Part shown: piece by piece, positions 1-11,759 of the stretch
Position numbering within the stretch: the stretch's first letter is position 1
How the letters are laid out: each line of letters begins with the position of its first letter
Source of the DNA: Takakia lepidozioides
Lineage: Eukaryota; Plantae; Bryophyta
Length of the DNA stretch: 64,000 bases
Assembly (NCBI GenBank): GCA_030704615.1
Contig: CM060731.1
Span: 1,984,001 to 2,048,000 of the forward strand
Direction of reading: 5' to 3'
Made by a program: the position numbers and the translations under genes
Notes under the pieces: model-generated
Databases searched by the model: none
The model's input: only the letters and a program-made list of their open reading frames with translations
What the model was told of the DNA's origin: nothing

Positions 1-46
1 GGCCGTGATGAGTGGGCCAAGACTCACCGCGACTCATCACCGGGAG
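1..46 (+). mobile_element. Truncated fragment of the chromovirus LTR family seen at 34867-53919
   Basis: ggccgtgatgagtgggccaagactcaccgcgactcatcaccgggag closely matches the LTR interior at about 35165-35210 and 53493-53538. Confidence 0.85.
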
Positions 47-399
47 CAACTTTAGAGTGCACATGAGAGAACAAAATATGGTTCTGGGTCCAAATGACTT
101 TTGTTTACTCCCAAATTTTGCACACACATTGCATATGCTATCATTAAGCATATGGCTTGAAAATGGAATTAAAAAAAAATCATGTGCAGGCGAAACGTTA
201 TTTTCCGTCTCTAGGACACATAGCTGCGTTTAACACTAGAATGACCCATTGAATCAACTTGGTTCAAGCTCATATTTGGTCCACATGTGCATAAGTATGT
301 TTAGATCACATATGCAAAGTTGCAACCCACACGAGCAACAAAAAAAATATTTACATCAATCGATTAATCGGATGTAGACAAAGTACATCATGAGAATAT

Positions 400-985
400 C
401 TACAATGCCCCTCTACGCGATCCCTGTCTCAAAGGAACCCTATTTCTATCATACACATCCCACTTACGCTGTAATCGGAGGTCCCAATCATCCCGGGAGA
501 ACTCGTATGATGCAAATAGCTCGCTGCCAGCCCTAATAGTCCTATTAGCACATGTCATCACAAACATGTGTATCCCCTCACAGTATACCGACGTATGATC
601 ACAAAAACTCTCTTGCCCATCGCTTCGCTCGTCCCATACTACATTGAATCTCCTAGGATCCAAAAGAACTGTTGACCAACCCAGCAACATTGCCGAAGAT
701 ATCGGGGTCACCATCACAAAATCTGATCTCAATGGGAGATAACCCCCGTCTATGTACAGCCTGTCCGTTGACACACAAAATGTAGGGTAGGATGTATGGG
801 GCTTCGAGGCGTAATGTACGGAACACCTTGGAGGTGTAGTATGGACCGTAGTAGGGAAACAAGTCCACCATGTTGTTTCTCCGAGGAGGAACCACAATAT
901 CATTGACCGTGAATAAACCCCGACCCATAGTAGGGTCTGTAGCGGCTCTCACAACATACCGTCTCCCCCAATACTCGAAATCGGC
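400..985 (-). pseudogene. SET-domain (lysine methyltransferase-like) fragment, frameshifted
   Basis: Two overlapping minus-strand ORFs give SET motifs in the expected order: MGRGLFT, YYGPY, CDGDPDIFGNVAGLVNSS, then after a frameshift TIRAGSELFASY. Canonical motifs are GxGLFA, D...GNxARFINHS and I.xGEEL..Y. Confidence 0.7.
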
Positions 986-2150
986 AGTAACTTGCAAAGT
1001 CACTCCAAACCACCACAGATCATCCCAATGAGCTAACTTACAAAATTCAATATGCAAATTCAGGGCTGAGCCTGATGAGAGGGAAAAACAGGTCGAAGAA
1101 GAAGGCTGAAATGTGTTGAAGAAGGTACCTTCATTAGCAGTGCCTTGTTCCATCCATTGCGCTGCTGTTCCCAGTTGACCATCTACCCACATTGTCCCAC
1201 CATTGACAAGGGTCAGAAAAGTGTTCATTCCAAAGCTTCTCTTCATCTCTATTATCAGTTTTTGGGTACTTTCCGGCTGCCACATTGGCAGTAACTTGCA
1301 AAATCACTCCAAACCACCACATATCCACCTAACGAGCCAACTTACAGAATTCAATATGCAAATTCAGGGTTGATCCTGATGAGAGGGCAAAACACGCTGA
1401 AACAGGTCAAAGAAAATGGTGCCCTCAAGCTGAAATATGTTGAAGAAGGTACCTTCATTAGCCGTGCCTTGTGGTGTCAATTGTGCTGCTGCCGCTGCTG
1501 TTTCCAGTTGAGCATCTACCCAGGCAAATTTCTTGTAGCTATTGATCCACAGGGAATCCGACGTAATCTTGTGTGTGAAATCCGGCCCACTTGGATGAAT
1601 CTGGACCTCTATCCCTGGTCTTCAGCTATCCCTGCATGTGTACAAATCATGAATACATCCTCAGCCTTGCTGCTAGCAGCTGACACTCACGGCGTGAAGT
1701 TTTTTCAACACCCCAACCCTACTTATTACAGTAGTTCCAACTCTGAATTGCATGTCAGAAAAATGTTCATTCCAAAGCTTATCTTCATCTTTGTTATCTG
1801 TTTTTGGGTACTTTCCTGCTGCCACATCGGCAGTACCTGCAAAGTCACTCCAAACCACCACAGATCCCCCCAACGAGCTAACTTACAAAATTCAATATGC
1901 AATTTCAGGGCTGAGTCTGATGAGAGGGCAAAACAGGCTGAAATAGGTCGAATCAGAAGATGCCTCACCACATTGTCCTCGACCTTCTGTCATGACCCAC
2001 GGAGGACTTGACTGACCATCAACCCAAGAGGACCTCTTCTGTGTGCTTACTTGTGTCTGTAGTCAGGTAATGACAGATTGGTCAGTGAGAACCACCATGG
2101 TGCAGCTGAGCGGGCAGAGATTGAAACACGGCCTGCTAAGACCAAGCTGA
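985..2150 (-). pseudogene. Degenerate, internally triplicated OSB-type PDF-motif gene fragments (cargo copy 1)
   Basis: Minus-strand translations include LWNEHFSDPCQWWDN (~1186-1232), GPDFTHKITSDSLWINSYKKFAWV (~1514-1600) and WWFSLTNLSLPDYRHK (~2045-2110). The region is homologous to 37820-38450, 40915-41670 and 55575-56495. Confidence 0.75.
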
Positions 2151-2424
2151 CTCTCCCAAGAACCTTGTAAACATCAGGAAGAATACCACATTGCTCTGCG
2201 GTCGACCATTCAGGGGAGAGGAGTGGAGGGAAAAGAGAAAGCCCGCGGAAGGGAAGGCGAATGCGGGAGAGGAGTGGAGAGGAGATGAGAGGAGGAGAGA
2301 GAAAAGAGAAAGCCGCGGGAGGGAAGGGGAGAAAGATCGCGGGGAGACAGAAAAAAAAACCAAACAAAAGGATGATCCCGCGATTTGATCCCGCGGTGCA
2401 TCACAGCCTCGTCGTCGTTCTTAC

Positions 2425-2771
2425 CACTACACTACCCCTTAAAACTCAACAACCCCCTCCTGTAATATTATATTTAAGGTGTTTTAAACCCCCCTCTGTA
2501 TGTATAATGTTGTACATGGGGGGGGGGGGGGGGGGGGTTTTAAAATACCCCTTCCTGTGCACGCACGTGGCTGGTACATTTAATGAGGAGTGCACCCCCC
2601 AGGTTGCGACCGCAAGAAAAAAAAAACTCGCCGCAACCCCCCGCGGCGACCGTGCCCAGCCGTCGCATCGGGGGATTGCGACGGGCCGCGGGGATGGCGT
2701 CGCAGGCCCAGCGCCGCGCCCAGCGTGGGGACGCGGCTGGCATCGCTAACCCCCCTCCATTTGCAGTAGTG
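2425..2771. mobile_element. CACTA-type terminus with GC-rich subterminal region
   Basis: Ends in ccccctccatttgcagtagtg (reverse complement CACTACTGCA), the same terminus type as at 30901. Contains a G20 run at 2518-2537. No partner end with a matching TSD was found. Confidence 0.55.
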
Positions 2772-3308
2772 AGGAAGGCTCGTCTTCTTCTAGTCGAGCC
2801 TTCCGAGGCCTCTCTCGCCGCCATAGCTCTAGTGCTTGAGATGGAGTGTGGGTGAGGTCTATATGGTGGAGTCTTTTAGCAAAGGTGCCATTGGCTTGAC
2901 TTATATAACGTGATAGAGTGGGTTCACCTCTTTTCACCAGTTCCGTATCAGTAATTGTGGCATAGCTTTCTAGGACTATATGCTAGGAAGTGTGGTTGGA
3001 CAAAGATGTATGTTGTGGCACAATGCTTAGGTGCACGACATGGTAAAAGATAGGAGTGGTTAAAGGGGCAAGTGGGTTTTCCGCTTTTTCCTTCTAGTGT
3101 ATAACCTTTTTGATAACCTCCGGAAGTTTGTAGCTCAAAGAACCTCCCAACACTGGTAAAGTCTTGACCAGAGGACTTTCCTAGATTTGAGGTGTCTGTT
3201 ACGACCCCCCCCCCTCCCACATGGCCCGAAAATCCAAAAAAGACCAAGGGTGAGGATTTCACTAGCTTAAGAAACGTGTGTGAGTGTCTGATACATGTCT
3301 CTGGCCGC

Positions 3309-3336
3309 GGGGGGGGGGGGGGGGGGGGGGGGGGGG
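3309..3336 (+). repeat. poly-G run (28 nt)
   Basis: Direct read of the sequence. Confidence 0.9.
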
Positions 3337-3901
3337 TTTCCATAATCTGCAGTTATGGCCCTTTGCCCACGGCAAAAATAGGAAAGCCTATTGCATGAAG
3401 TTTCGGTCTAGGAAGTCCCCATTTTCACAAAAGAAAAATATAATATCTTCATAATACATCATTAAACTATAAACTAATTTTATGCTTATCCCCTCTAGGT
3501 AAATTTTGGCATTGTTTATATTTACATATACCCAAAAAAATAAATCACATAGCACTGCATTTTACCGAGTCTGAGGGTAAGTTAAAATTAAAGAAAAGTA
3601 TCAAGTTGCACCGAACCCGAACTTCCAATTCAAGTGGCCAACTTCCCCAGACCTGGAGGGTAAGTAAACCCATATATCCGCGCAACACTCATCTGTTACA
3701 CCCCTCGGACATCAATCAGGGAAATCTGCCAATTCCAGGTCTTGTTTTTTGATAACCATGGGTTCCCGAATTGCTACCCTCTTGTGGAATTGATACCTTG
3801 TGTGATGATCCATATCACACAAGCGGAAACACGACCAACAGTTGGTAGCTCAGTTGGATAGTGCACTCAGTGCCACCCAGATGAATAAGGGGCCCAGGTT
3901 T

Positions 3902-4409
3902 GAAGGGGGGTGTGAGGATTAGAGAGTGGTCCAGGAATTAAAAAGCGGGTGATATAGTAAGCTACACCACGACTTGAATTAACCGTCATGTAAAGGGAGT
4001 AAGAATTTAGAAAAAACAAGGCATGAGGCCGACAGCTATTAAATGGGGGAGGGTTCAGGCTGCAAATTGGGTAAGAAGGTGTGGCATGCCGGTTTCTAGG
4101 GCTCACACGGGCAACCTTCTAGAAGGGTCCCACCGGCAGGCTTCTAGAAGGGCCCCACCGCCCCTGAGAGGCTATATAAACGAGAGCCCCCTGCGTAGTA
4201 GTTACTAAGTTACCACTTACTAGTTAATAAGTGTGGGCTCTGTAGGCGCAGGGCCCTAAAAACAAAACATAAACATGAACCATAGATATATTAATTAATA
4301 GGGACAACACAGTAAGAGATGATTCTGGGTCAAATCCTGCTATCTTGATGGCTCTGGTATGTTCTTCCCCCCCAACCCTTGGGCAGTGTCCCATGCGAAA
4401 GCCTTCACG
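3902..4409 (+). mobile_element. PPT plus LTR-like sequence abutting the CACTA transposase remnant
   Basis: Purine tract gaagggggg is followed by tgtgagg...ccttcacg, with a TATA-like ctatataaa near 4173. Transposase homology starts right after it. No second LTR copy is in the window. Confidence 0.45.
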
Positions 4410-5581
4410 GAGGCTGTAAATCCTCTAAGCTTGCAGCCACCATGCTTATAATGAATCTATGCACAACACATGGGGTTACAAATGCCTTTGCGGATGAAAT
4501 GTTCTCCTTGCTATAGAAAACCTTGTTGCCACAACCGAACGTACTACCCACATCTTTCTACCATGCAAAGACCATGGTGAGCAAGCTGGGGCTTGCTTAT
4601 GAGAAGATCGATGCTTGCCCAAAGGGGTGTGTGTTGTTTAGGGGGAACTTGCGAGGTTCAGAGAGGTGCCCCAAATGTCAAAGCGCCCAATTAAAAAATG
4701 TGGGGAAATCCAAGGTACCTGTTAAGGTGCTTCGACATTTTCCATTGATACCACGCCTTTTGCGTATGTATAGATGCTCTTCTATTGCACAATTAATGAC
4801 CTGGCACAGTCAGAATGCAAGCAACGATGGCCTTGTACGCCATGCAGCTGATTCAAAGGCTTGGAAACACATTGATGCTACTTGGCCCGACTTTGCAGTA
4901 GAGCCTTGCAATGTAAGGCTTGGTTTTTCCTTGGATGGAATGAACCCGTTTGGTGATAAGAACAATTGCTGGTCAACATGGCCAGTGTTGACGCTGGTAT
5001 ACAACCTACCTCCGTGGCTCACTACAAAGAAGTTCTTTGTCATGCTTACTCTCTTGATTCCAGGAAAACAGTCAGTTACCAGTGAGCAGATAGATGTGTA
5101 CTTAGCACCACTGATTGAGGAGTTACTTGTTTTGTGGAGGGGGGTTCGGGCATATGACATATGCAAACATGTTGGTGAGAGAACCTTCATACTACGCGCC
5201 ATACTATTATGGAGCATCCATGATTTTCCTGCTTATGGCCTACTTGCAGGATGTGTCACAAAAGGCTACAAAGCGTGTCCAGTATGCGGTCCTCATGTAG
5301 ATGCAAGACACTCTAAAGTTTTGGGAAAAACTATCTATCTTGGTCACCGCAGGCTCCTCCCTCGGGCCCATCCCTACCGCAGGAACCGCATACACTTCAA
5401 TGGGCAGGAGGAGATGCGTGCGAAGCCACCTCCGTTCACACCGGTTGAACAAGAGGCCGATGTTGTTGAGGCTGCAGGTTATGACCTTGACCCTAGTGCT
5501 TTTCTTGATGCTGAAGTTCATCCAGCCAAGGTTCATGGTATCAAAAGATGGAGCTGTCTATGGGATTTACCATACTGGAAG
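4410..5581 (+). pseudogene. CACTA/En-Spm TnpD transposase (Tnp2/Transposase_21) remnant
   Basis: Motifs KIDACPKGCVLF, LRHFPLIPRLLRMY, HAADSKAWK, DGMNPF, YNLPPW, HDFPAY, GYKACPVC and LPYWK, the last followed by a GT donor. There is an in-frame stop near 4514 and the N-terminus is truncated. Confidence 0.95.
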
Positions 5582-6444
5582 GTACCCCCTGCACTTGTAC
5601 TTGTTTGAGTTCAATGTTCTTTGTAAATGGAAAAGGTAGTGCCCATGTAGTGGTTACTTCTTACTTTCCGAGTGGTAAAATAGCAGTGCATATTATTTGG
5701 ACTTCACGAAAGAGGTTATTTTTTCCTCTTACTGATTTGTTTTTAAAAATAAATTTTAAACAAAGGAAACCGAGGACCGACGCCTGATTGCTATCGCTCC
5801 CAGGTGTTTCCCTTAAAAAAATTAAAAATTAAAATAAAAACACGATAAGTTGCATGGCAAGCTCCGCCCTCACTCTCTTAGAAGGGCCTTAACTGATGAA
5901 CGCCCTTGCTCCAGTTCTTTACCCTACACAAACATGGGCGGGCTCACCTGTGAAAGCACCACCCTATACTCCGACCCACAAGGATCGTGGCGCACATGAA
6001 TTGCTATTGGGCACTCCGGGTACGAGGCAACCTTTACAGTCACATGCAACCCACGTGAGGGGGTGAGCTTGCCCACGACTGCCCTGGGGCGGCGAGGCCA
6101 ACCATCAGACCAAAAGCAGCGATCACTAGGATCCGGGCAGGTCCGACATGTAACACCAGCGCCCACCAAATATGACGCGGATGGCAGAAAACAGCTAGAC
6201 ATACATACAAATGTTGCCCAATCAATCTTACTACTTAACACTAGTTACATAATGTGAAGCATTGCGATCTCATTCAGAACTAGCCAACTCCACGAGACTT
6301 GGGCAGCCTTACTTGGGTCCTCACTCCTCACCTGCAGGTACTTGATGAAGATGTGCTCCACATGTGCCTCAAACACATGAGCACCCTCGTGGATGGCCCC
6401 GACCCTGAGCACACTCTATGCTCATGAAGCATGGATGTCGAAAC

Positions 6445-7248
6445 CAGTGTTGATCTGGTATCTGGGTTTCACCGGGTATCAACCCGGGCATCAACCCGGG
6501 TCTCTCCTAACCTAACCTACTGTTCTCTGTTTCCGTAAACATTTGTAGTACCCTGCTAGAAGGTTCTCGAGTTCCCTGGCGGCCCCCCAAACCCTAACAG
6601 GCGGCGGTTAGGGTTCTCTTTTCCCCGGCCCCTACCAGAGCTCAACTCGTCGCTGTAGGTCTGTTCGGGTATCATGTTAATATGCACATATAGACATTAT
6701 GGATCCAGGGTTTCATGTGATTATGAGCGCCTCTTTTGGCAGCTTCGGCGGGGGTACTTTGTAATGTAGAATAGAGATTTAGGGCTAGGGGCATATACTA
6801 GCTGTTTTGATTATAACAATGACACTTTGATCTTCATTTACGAGACGCTATGGATGCAATTCTGATTCAATGTATAATTGTATGGAGGTTGGTATCATAT
6901 GAGATGAGCAGGTTTCCCTTGTGATTTTCTTGAATATTCAAATGGCCATTTGAATAGTTCAGATGACCATTTCAATATTGAATACTATTGAATTTGAATT
7001 TGAATACTAGTACCATTTTTATTTTTTTTAATACCATATCTGAGTTCATATTTCTAGGTTATTGACATTCAGATACCATTGCTCATATCCGGATTGATTT
7101 TTTTTCAAAACCACTCTATGCATACCAGATTCATACTTGAAAAAATCAGGGGCTGCATTATTGGAAAACCTACCTGCCTTAAAAAAGTTCAGCACTGCAT
7201 ACTAGGACCCTTCTGGTATTACCAATTCAAGATACCATACCAACACTC
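6445..7248. mobile_element. Non-autonomous hAT-type element (804 bp)
   Basis: TIRs cagtgttgatctggtatct and agataccataccaacactc. Perfect 8-bp TSD gtcgaaac at 6437-6444 and 7249-7256. Confidence 0.9.
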
Positions 7249-7788
7249 GTCGAAACTCAAGCTTTGCGTGCTGGCAGCCCAGACCTTCAAAGCCCAGCTT
7301 TTATTCTAGAGAACCTAGTTCCCGTGTGCTGCTACCTTTATCAGCTAAAGTAGAACCCATCTTTCGGGAACCCGTCTCATCCATCTCAGCATTGGGGTAT
7401 CGCGGTTGACATGGATTTCCATCACTGCAGATCGTATGAGAAAATCTTAGTGCAGAAAATTATCAAAAAACACGAGATTGATTCCATGTTGAACTTATGT
7501 CCACAAATATTTAACTAGTACCGATAGACATGTCTAATATCTATGATGAAACCCTGTAAGACTTTATTTACAACATGTACAATGAGTGAACGTGCATATG
7601 GTCCACCCTTGCCATCATGCGGAGTGACTCCGGGGAGTATTGATTGTCACTTTGCTGACTATCATTTTGGAGGCGACGAGGCGGCGAGTTAACATTGTTG
7701 GCGACAGTTTCAGCGGCCTCCAAAGTAGCTACAAGGTCCTGGACATTTGGGAGATCAATGGATTTCACGCCCACTAACGCCAAAATTT

Positions 7789-7878
7789 TATAGTAAGCTA
7801 CTCAGCTAGAGAAAAAAACAAAAGCTATAGTAAGCTACTCAACCAGCGACGAAAACAAAAGCTATAGTAAACTACTCA
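7789..7878 (-). repeat. Three ~37-bp tandem units at the 3' end of the CRE element
   Basis: tatagtaa(g/a)ctactca occurs near 7789, 7826 and 7863. Confidence 0.8.
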
Positions 7879-10800
7879 AGCAGAGCGACCCTCCCAGCCA
7901 ACAGCCTGGAGGAGATCAGGCAAGGAGATAGGCAAAGTGTCAGGCAGAGGCGGAAGACGAGATGACGCGGAGCTAGCCACATCAGCCCGATGCAAAATAG
8001 AGATGGCTTGTGCTCTCTGCAAAGCAACTAAAACACGTTGTCGATAGTAGGCGACAAGGACGGAGGCATGTGGGATGCCAGTGGACCCACTCTTGGCTGC
8101 ATCATGTACACATGTCCACGGGAAATCGTCGAAGTGCCGGTGCAATGAGCCAAATATTTCGACCGCCAGTGGAAGAAATGTGTCGGTGGGGCGTTGTAGT
8201 CGCGCTCCTTGGCCTGGGCTGCTACAGTGGCTGCCGTGCCTGGTGTGGTAGCTGTGCGAGATAGCAGATCCGCTCGAGTGGGGTCGGCGAGAACGACATC
8301 TGCTAAGGTACGCAAACCATCTCTAGATAGGACGATGTCAACACGGCGGCGTGTAGAGTGGGATGTGAGCGTGGGTCGTAGATGTGGTTGCTCACGCAGT
8401 ACATGATACCCTGCCTCCCGAGCAATAGATGCCACCGCATCGCGAACCATATCATGAGACGCAGTGCGCTCACCACCACATGGACAGCGGAGGAGATGGA
8501 TGGCAAGGTCATCAATAGGCTGAAGACAGACGCAGCGCTGAAGGCCCAATGCCGAAGGATGAGGCAAACCGAGTCGAAGGCGGAACGCAATAGTGAAAAT
8601 AGGGGATGAGAGGCGAAAATGTGCGATAGTGGGTCGTGCTGTCAACCATGCCCCTGCTCCGGGTCCTGCGCATGATAGAAGTCGGGCTCGATGCAACTCA
8701 GAAGAAGCACTTGAGAGCATGCCGGAAAAAGAATGACGGTGCACGCGCTCGGAAATGGACTCCTGAAGATGGTCGAGGCCTTGAGCAACCAACTGCTCAA
8801 ATGGTGACATGCTCACGCCGGTGCCGGAAGAAGATCTCGTGCAGAGCGGAGATGCTGCTGAAAGGGTAAAATGCCACTGTCGACATGTGCAACGGCGTCC
8901 ATAAGGATGGGACGATGGTCACAGAGAAATCGTGAAGTGAGGGCTGGCGCCACCAATGCCCAACTGCCGAGGAAAGCTGACGGGGCGGTAGTGACAGTGG
9001 ACAAAAGACCCACACCACCGGAAGAGACGGGCAAGGTGGCTTGCTGTCGTGGCAAAAGTCCTTGATCACCCTCCAGAGCTCCTGGTCCTAACAATCTCCC
9101 GAAGATAGTCATCATGGTAGTATCAAACCCAGATAAGAGGTGTAGGAAATTTGGGCTGGGTGGAACAGTGCGCAAGAGATATGAGGGACGCTGAAGGAAA
9201 CATTTGGTCAAGATTCCATATGCTACCTGTACATCTCCGAGCCTAGGAAGGAGATCGGCGTGGGTGGCATCCTGGTGGAGTGCATCTTCCAAAAAGGACG
9301 TTGTGAACTGGGTGGTGTCAAAAGGGACTCCCAGGATTCTGATGCCATTGGGCGGAGCAATGAAGTGAGCAGGGAGGACAAAATCTGCAAGGAGACCGGA
9401 CAGAGACCACACCGCACATTTGCGAGGTTGCACTGAAAGGCCCACGACATAGAGTTTGGTGACAAAATGATAGTAAGCTGAAAGTACCTGTGAGGCAGGG
9501 CCTACAATGTGCGTGTCGTCTGCCACCGACGGAAAAAGACAAGATGAGTGAACTTGTGCAGAAGCCGTGAGGGCATAGACATGAGCCATGGCAAACAAAG
9601 GTCCTCCTAAAGGGTCGCCTTGGCGGGTCCTAACCTCGGACTGAATGATGGAGCACTCACCTAGGCGAGAATGATTACTGTAGTATAGGGGAGTGGTGGA
9701 TGCATAGAATAATCAAACAAACGGAATGAGCTGGTGGAAATCTCCTCCGGCTGAACGGAGCTCCTGAAAGATAGCCGCTCGTGAGACAGTGTTGAAAGCG
9801 TTGGTGACGTCGACCTGGAGAACCACCCAATCCGGATGAAGATCAAGAGCTGCACGAATCCCCTGAACCACCGCCTCGCAACCGCCTGGAGTGGCGACCC
9901 CGAACTGGTGCGGAAAGAGGTGTCCGGAGAAGGCATCTCGAAACTGACGACAAAGTGAGAGGCTGACAAAGCGGTAAAGAACCTTTCCAACTGCGATAGG
10001 GCGGATGCCAGTACCTGAGGGTTTGCTCATAGCCAACAATCTGGAGGCCTCAAGGAGACGGGCCACTGGGGCAGGGATACGGCCAGCAGCAATGAAGGAG
10101 CAAATCTGAAATAGCTGAGAGAAGCCACTAGTAGAGTCCTGTGGAGAGAAATAGTCGCGTAAGTACTCATACAGGAGACCGGAAGGACCTGCTGCTGCAA
10201 GATGGGGACTACGCGTGAAGGCCTGAGTGAAGACCTCCCGATCTAGCTTGAGATCCTGGTCTGGCTCGAAGTCCTCAACAAAAAGCGACAGAATATCCTG
10301 AGCTGATGGGTGAAGGGCTTCGAGGGCAGTGACAGTATCCGGTGATGGAGGCGCTGGTGAGGAAGGTGCTAAAGCCTTGGCGCGCCGTGAGTACTCGCCA
10401 ACGCGGCCTAACATGAGACTATGACGAAGTCGCCTGTGGGTCGATGAGGGTGGCTGCGTGGAGGAAGCGGGAGGGGCATGTGCCGCAAGGGCTAGTACCC
10501 GTAATTGATGCTCATCTTGCAGACTCTCCCAATCTCCAGATAAAAAACGGCGAAGATGGATGCGCGTCTCTCTGTGCCCTGACTGACCGCCAGGAGGGGG
10601 CAAAACCAAACACCACTGAGGAAATAACAAGAAAAGATACCATGCTGGTATATCATCAGGATCACGAGCCAGCCTGTCTAAGGGTAGACGGAGTGCCAGT
10701 TGGACCTCATGACGTAGTGCCACCGGAATTCTTGTATAAAGACGAGGCCTTGGCAGTCCTAGCTGAAATGCGCCCAAAACATCTAGCACTGAAAGCCAAT

Positions 10801-11690
10801 GCCAAGCAGAGGCAGGAGGTGGCGCGTGCAAGACACTGGGCTGAAATAGAGAAGTACCATTTGTGTGGGACTGATGAAGAGCCGCACATGTGCGCTTGTG
10901 TCGCGCAAGCCCTCTGATGCGCGCAAAAAGACGACCGCAAGCTGGGCATGGGGTACGGTCTGATGGGAGAGGCGCCTGCTGTTGGGGTAAGAGTGATGGG
11001 GTCGGCAATGCAGGCTGCACAACTGGAGAAGAAGGCACGTGGAGAGGCTCATGACGAAGAGGAGTTGGGCTGCCTTGAAGCCGTTGCCGAGAATGGGATG
11101 GAGAACCTGGAGAAGAAGTGACTGGCGTGGGACATCGAACCCTACCTGAGAGGCGCAGTGGGGGAGGGCTCAACAGACACTGTGGGAGTTCTTCGGTCGG
11201 TGGGACGCCAATGGAAGAACCTGGAATCAGCGGTGGAGAAGACCGTTGTGAAGATGACGACTCTTCTTGAACTTGGTGTCTGGAGCTTGGACTCTGGTGC
11301 GCATCAGGAACATGTGAGCTAGGGGTAGGGGTACGTTGGCGTTGGGGTCTTCCAATAGGAGCAGTTGCGGCTGTGTTCAGCACCTCTCGTTGCTCTGGGG
11401 AGTGAACTGCCAGGGATGGTGGAGTAGGCAGTAAAGAGGTTGTGGTGAGGGCTGGAGTTGGCTGCCTGTACGGCGTCGGGGCTGAACGAGCTGGGGGACG
11501 AGCCGATCGAGGCCGTCTGACCGGCGTGGGGCCCACTGTTGCACAGCGGCCGCTTGCTCGCTTAGCGCTGCTACCGCTGTCGCTACCGCCAACACCTCCA
11601 CTAAGTTGGCGGCTCTACAGGCCTTGCCGAGGTCTGGGGGCGACGCCGCTCATCGTACTTCTCGTGTCCACGCTCGTCATCTCCATCTTC
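7789..11690 (-). mobile_element. CRE-clade (RLE-type) non-LTR retrotransposon, near full length, frameshifted
   Basis: A single ORF broken into 9713-11536, 8813-9598, 8028-8816 and 7876-8145. It carries a C2H2 finger (CPACGRLF..LARHKRTC), RT motifs (GIRPIAVG, QFGVATPGGCE, DVTNAFN, QGDPLG, ADD), a CxC..H...C knuckle, and RLE motifs SHD, RRVDIV..DV and AKERDY. The 5' boundary is approximate. Confidence 0.88.
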
Positions 11691-11759
11691 ATGCAGAAAT
11701 TCAATAGGTGGTACCCACCCTAATATCTGGTTAGTATATGTTTCCTGTCTTGGTGCAGA

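Noticed and set aside
1915-1950. Hammerhead ribozyme cores (ctgatga...gaaa) in the PDF repeats and at ~5893
   Set aside because: Stem II cannot pair, and in the repeats the sequence is the antisense strand of coding cargo.
2425-2771. Complete mini-CACTA (CACTAC at 2425 or 2430 to GTAGTG at 2771)
   Set aside because: The TIR match stops after 6 nt and the flanks (tac or cta versus agg) give no TSD. Only the right terminus was kept.
2047-2855. Overlapping short ORFs in the GA-rich and GC-rich tract
   Set aside because: Low-complexity artefacts in transposon subterminal sequence.
3841-3910. tRNA gene or SINE head
   Set aside because: An A-box-like motif is present, but the B-box is poor and there is no cloverleaf. 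It is better explained as a PBS.
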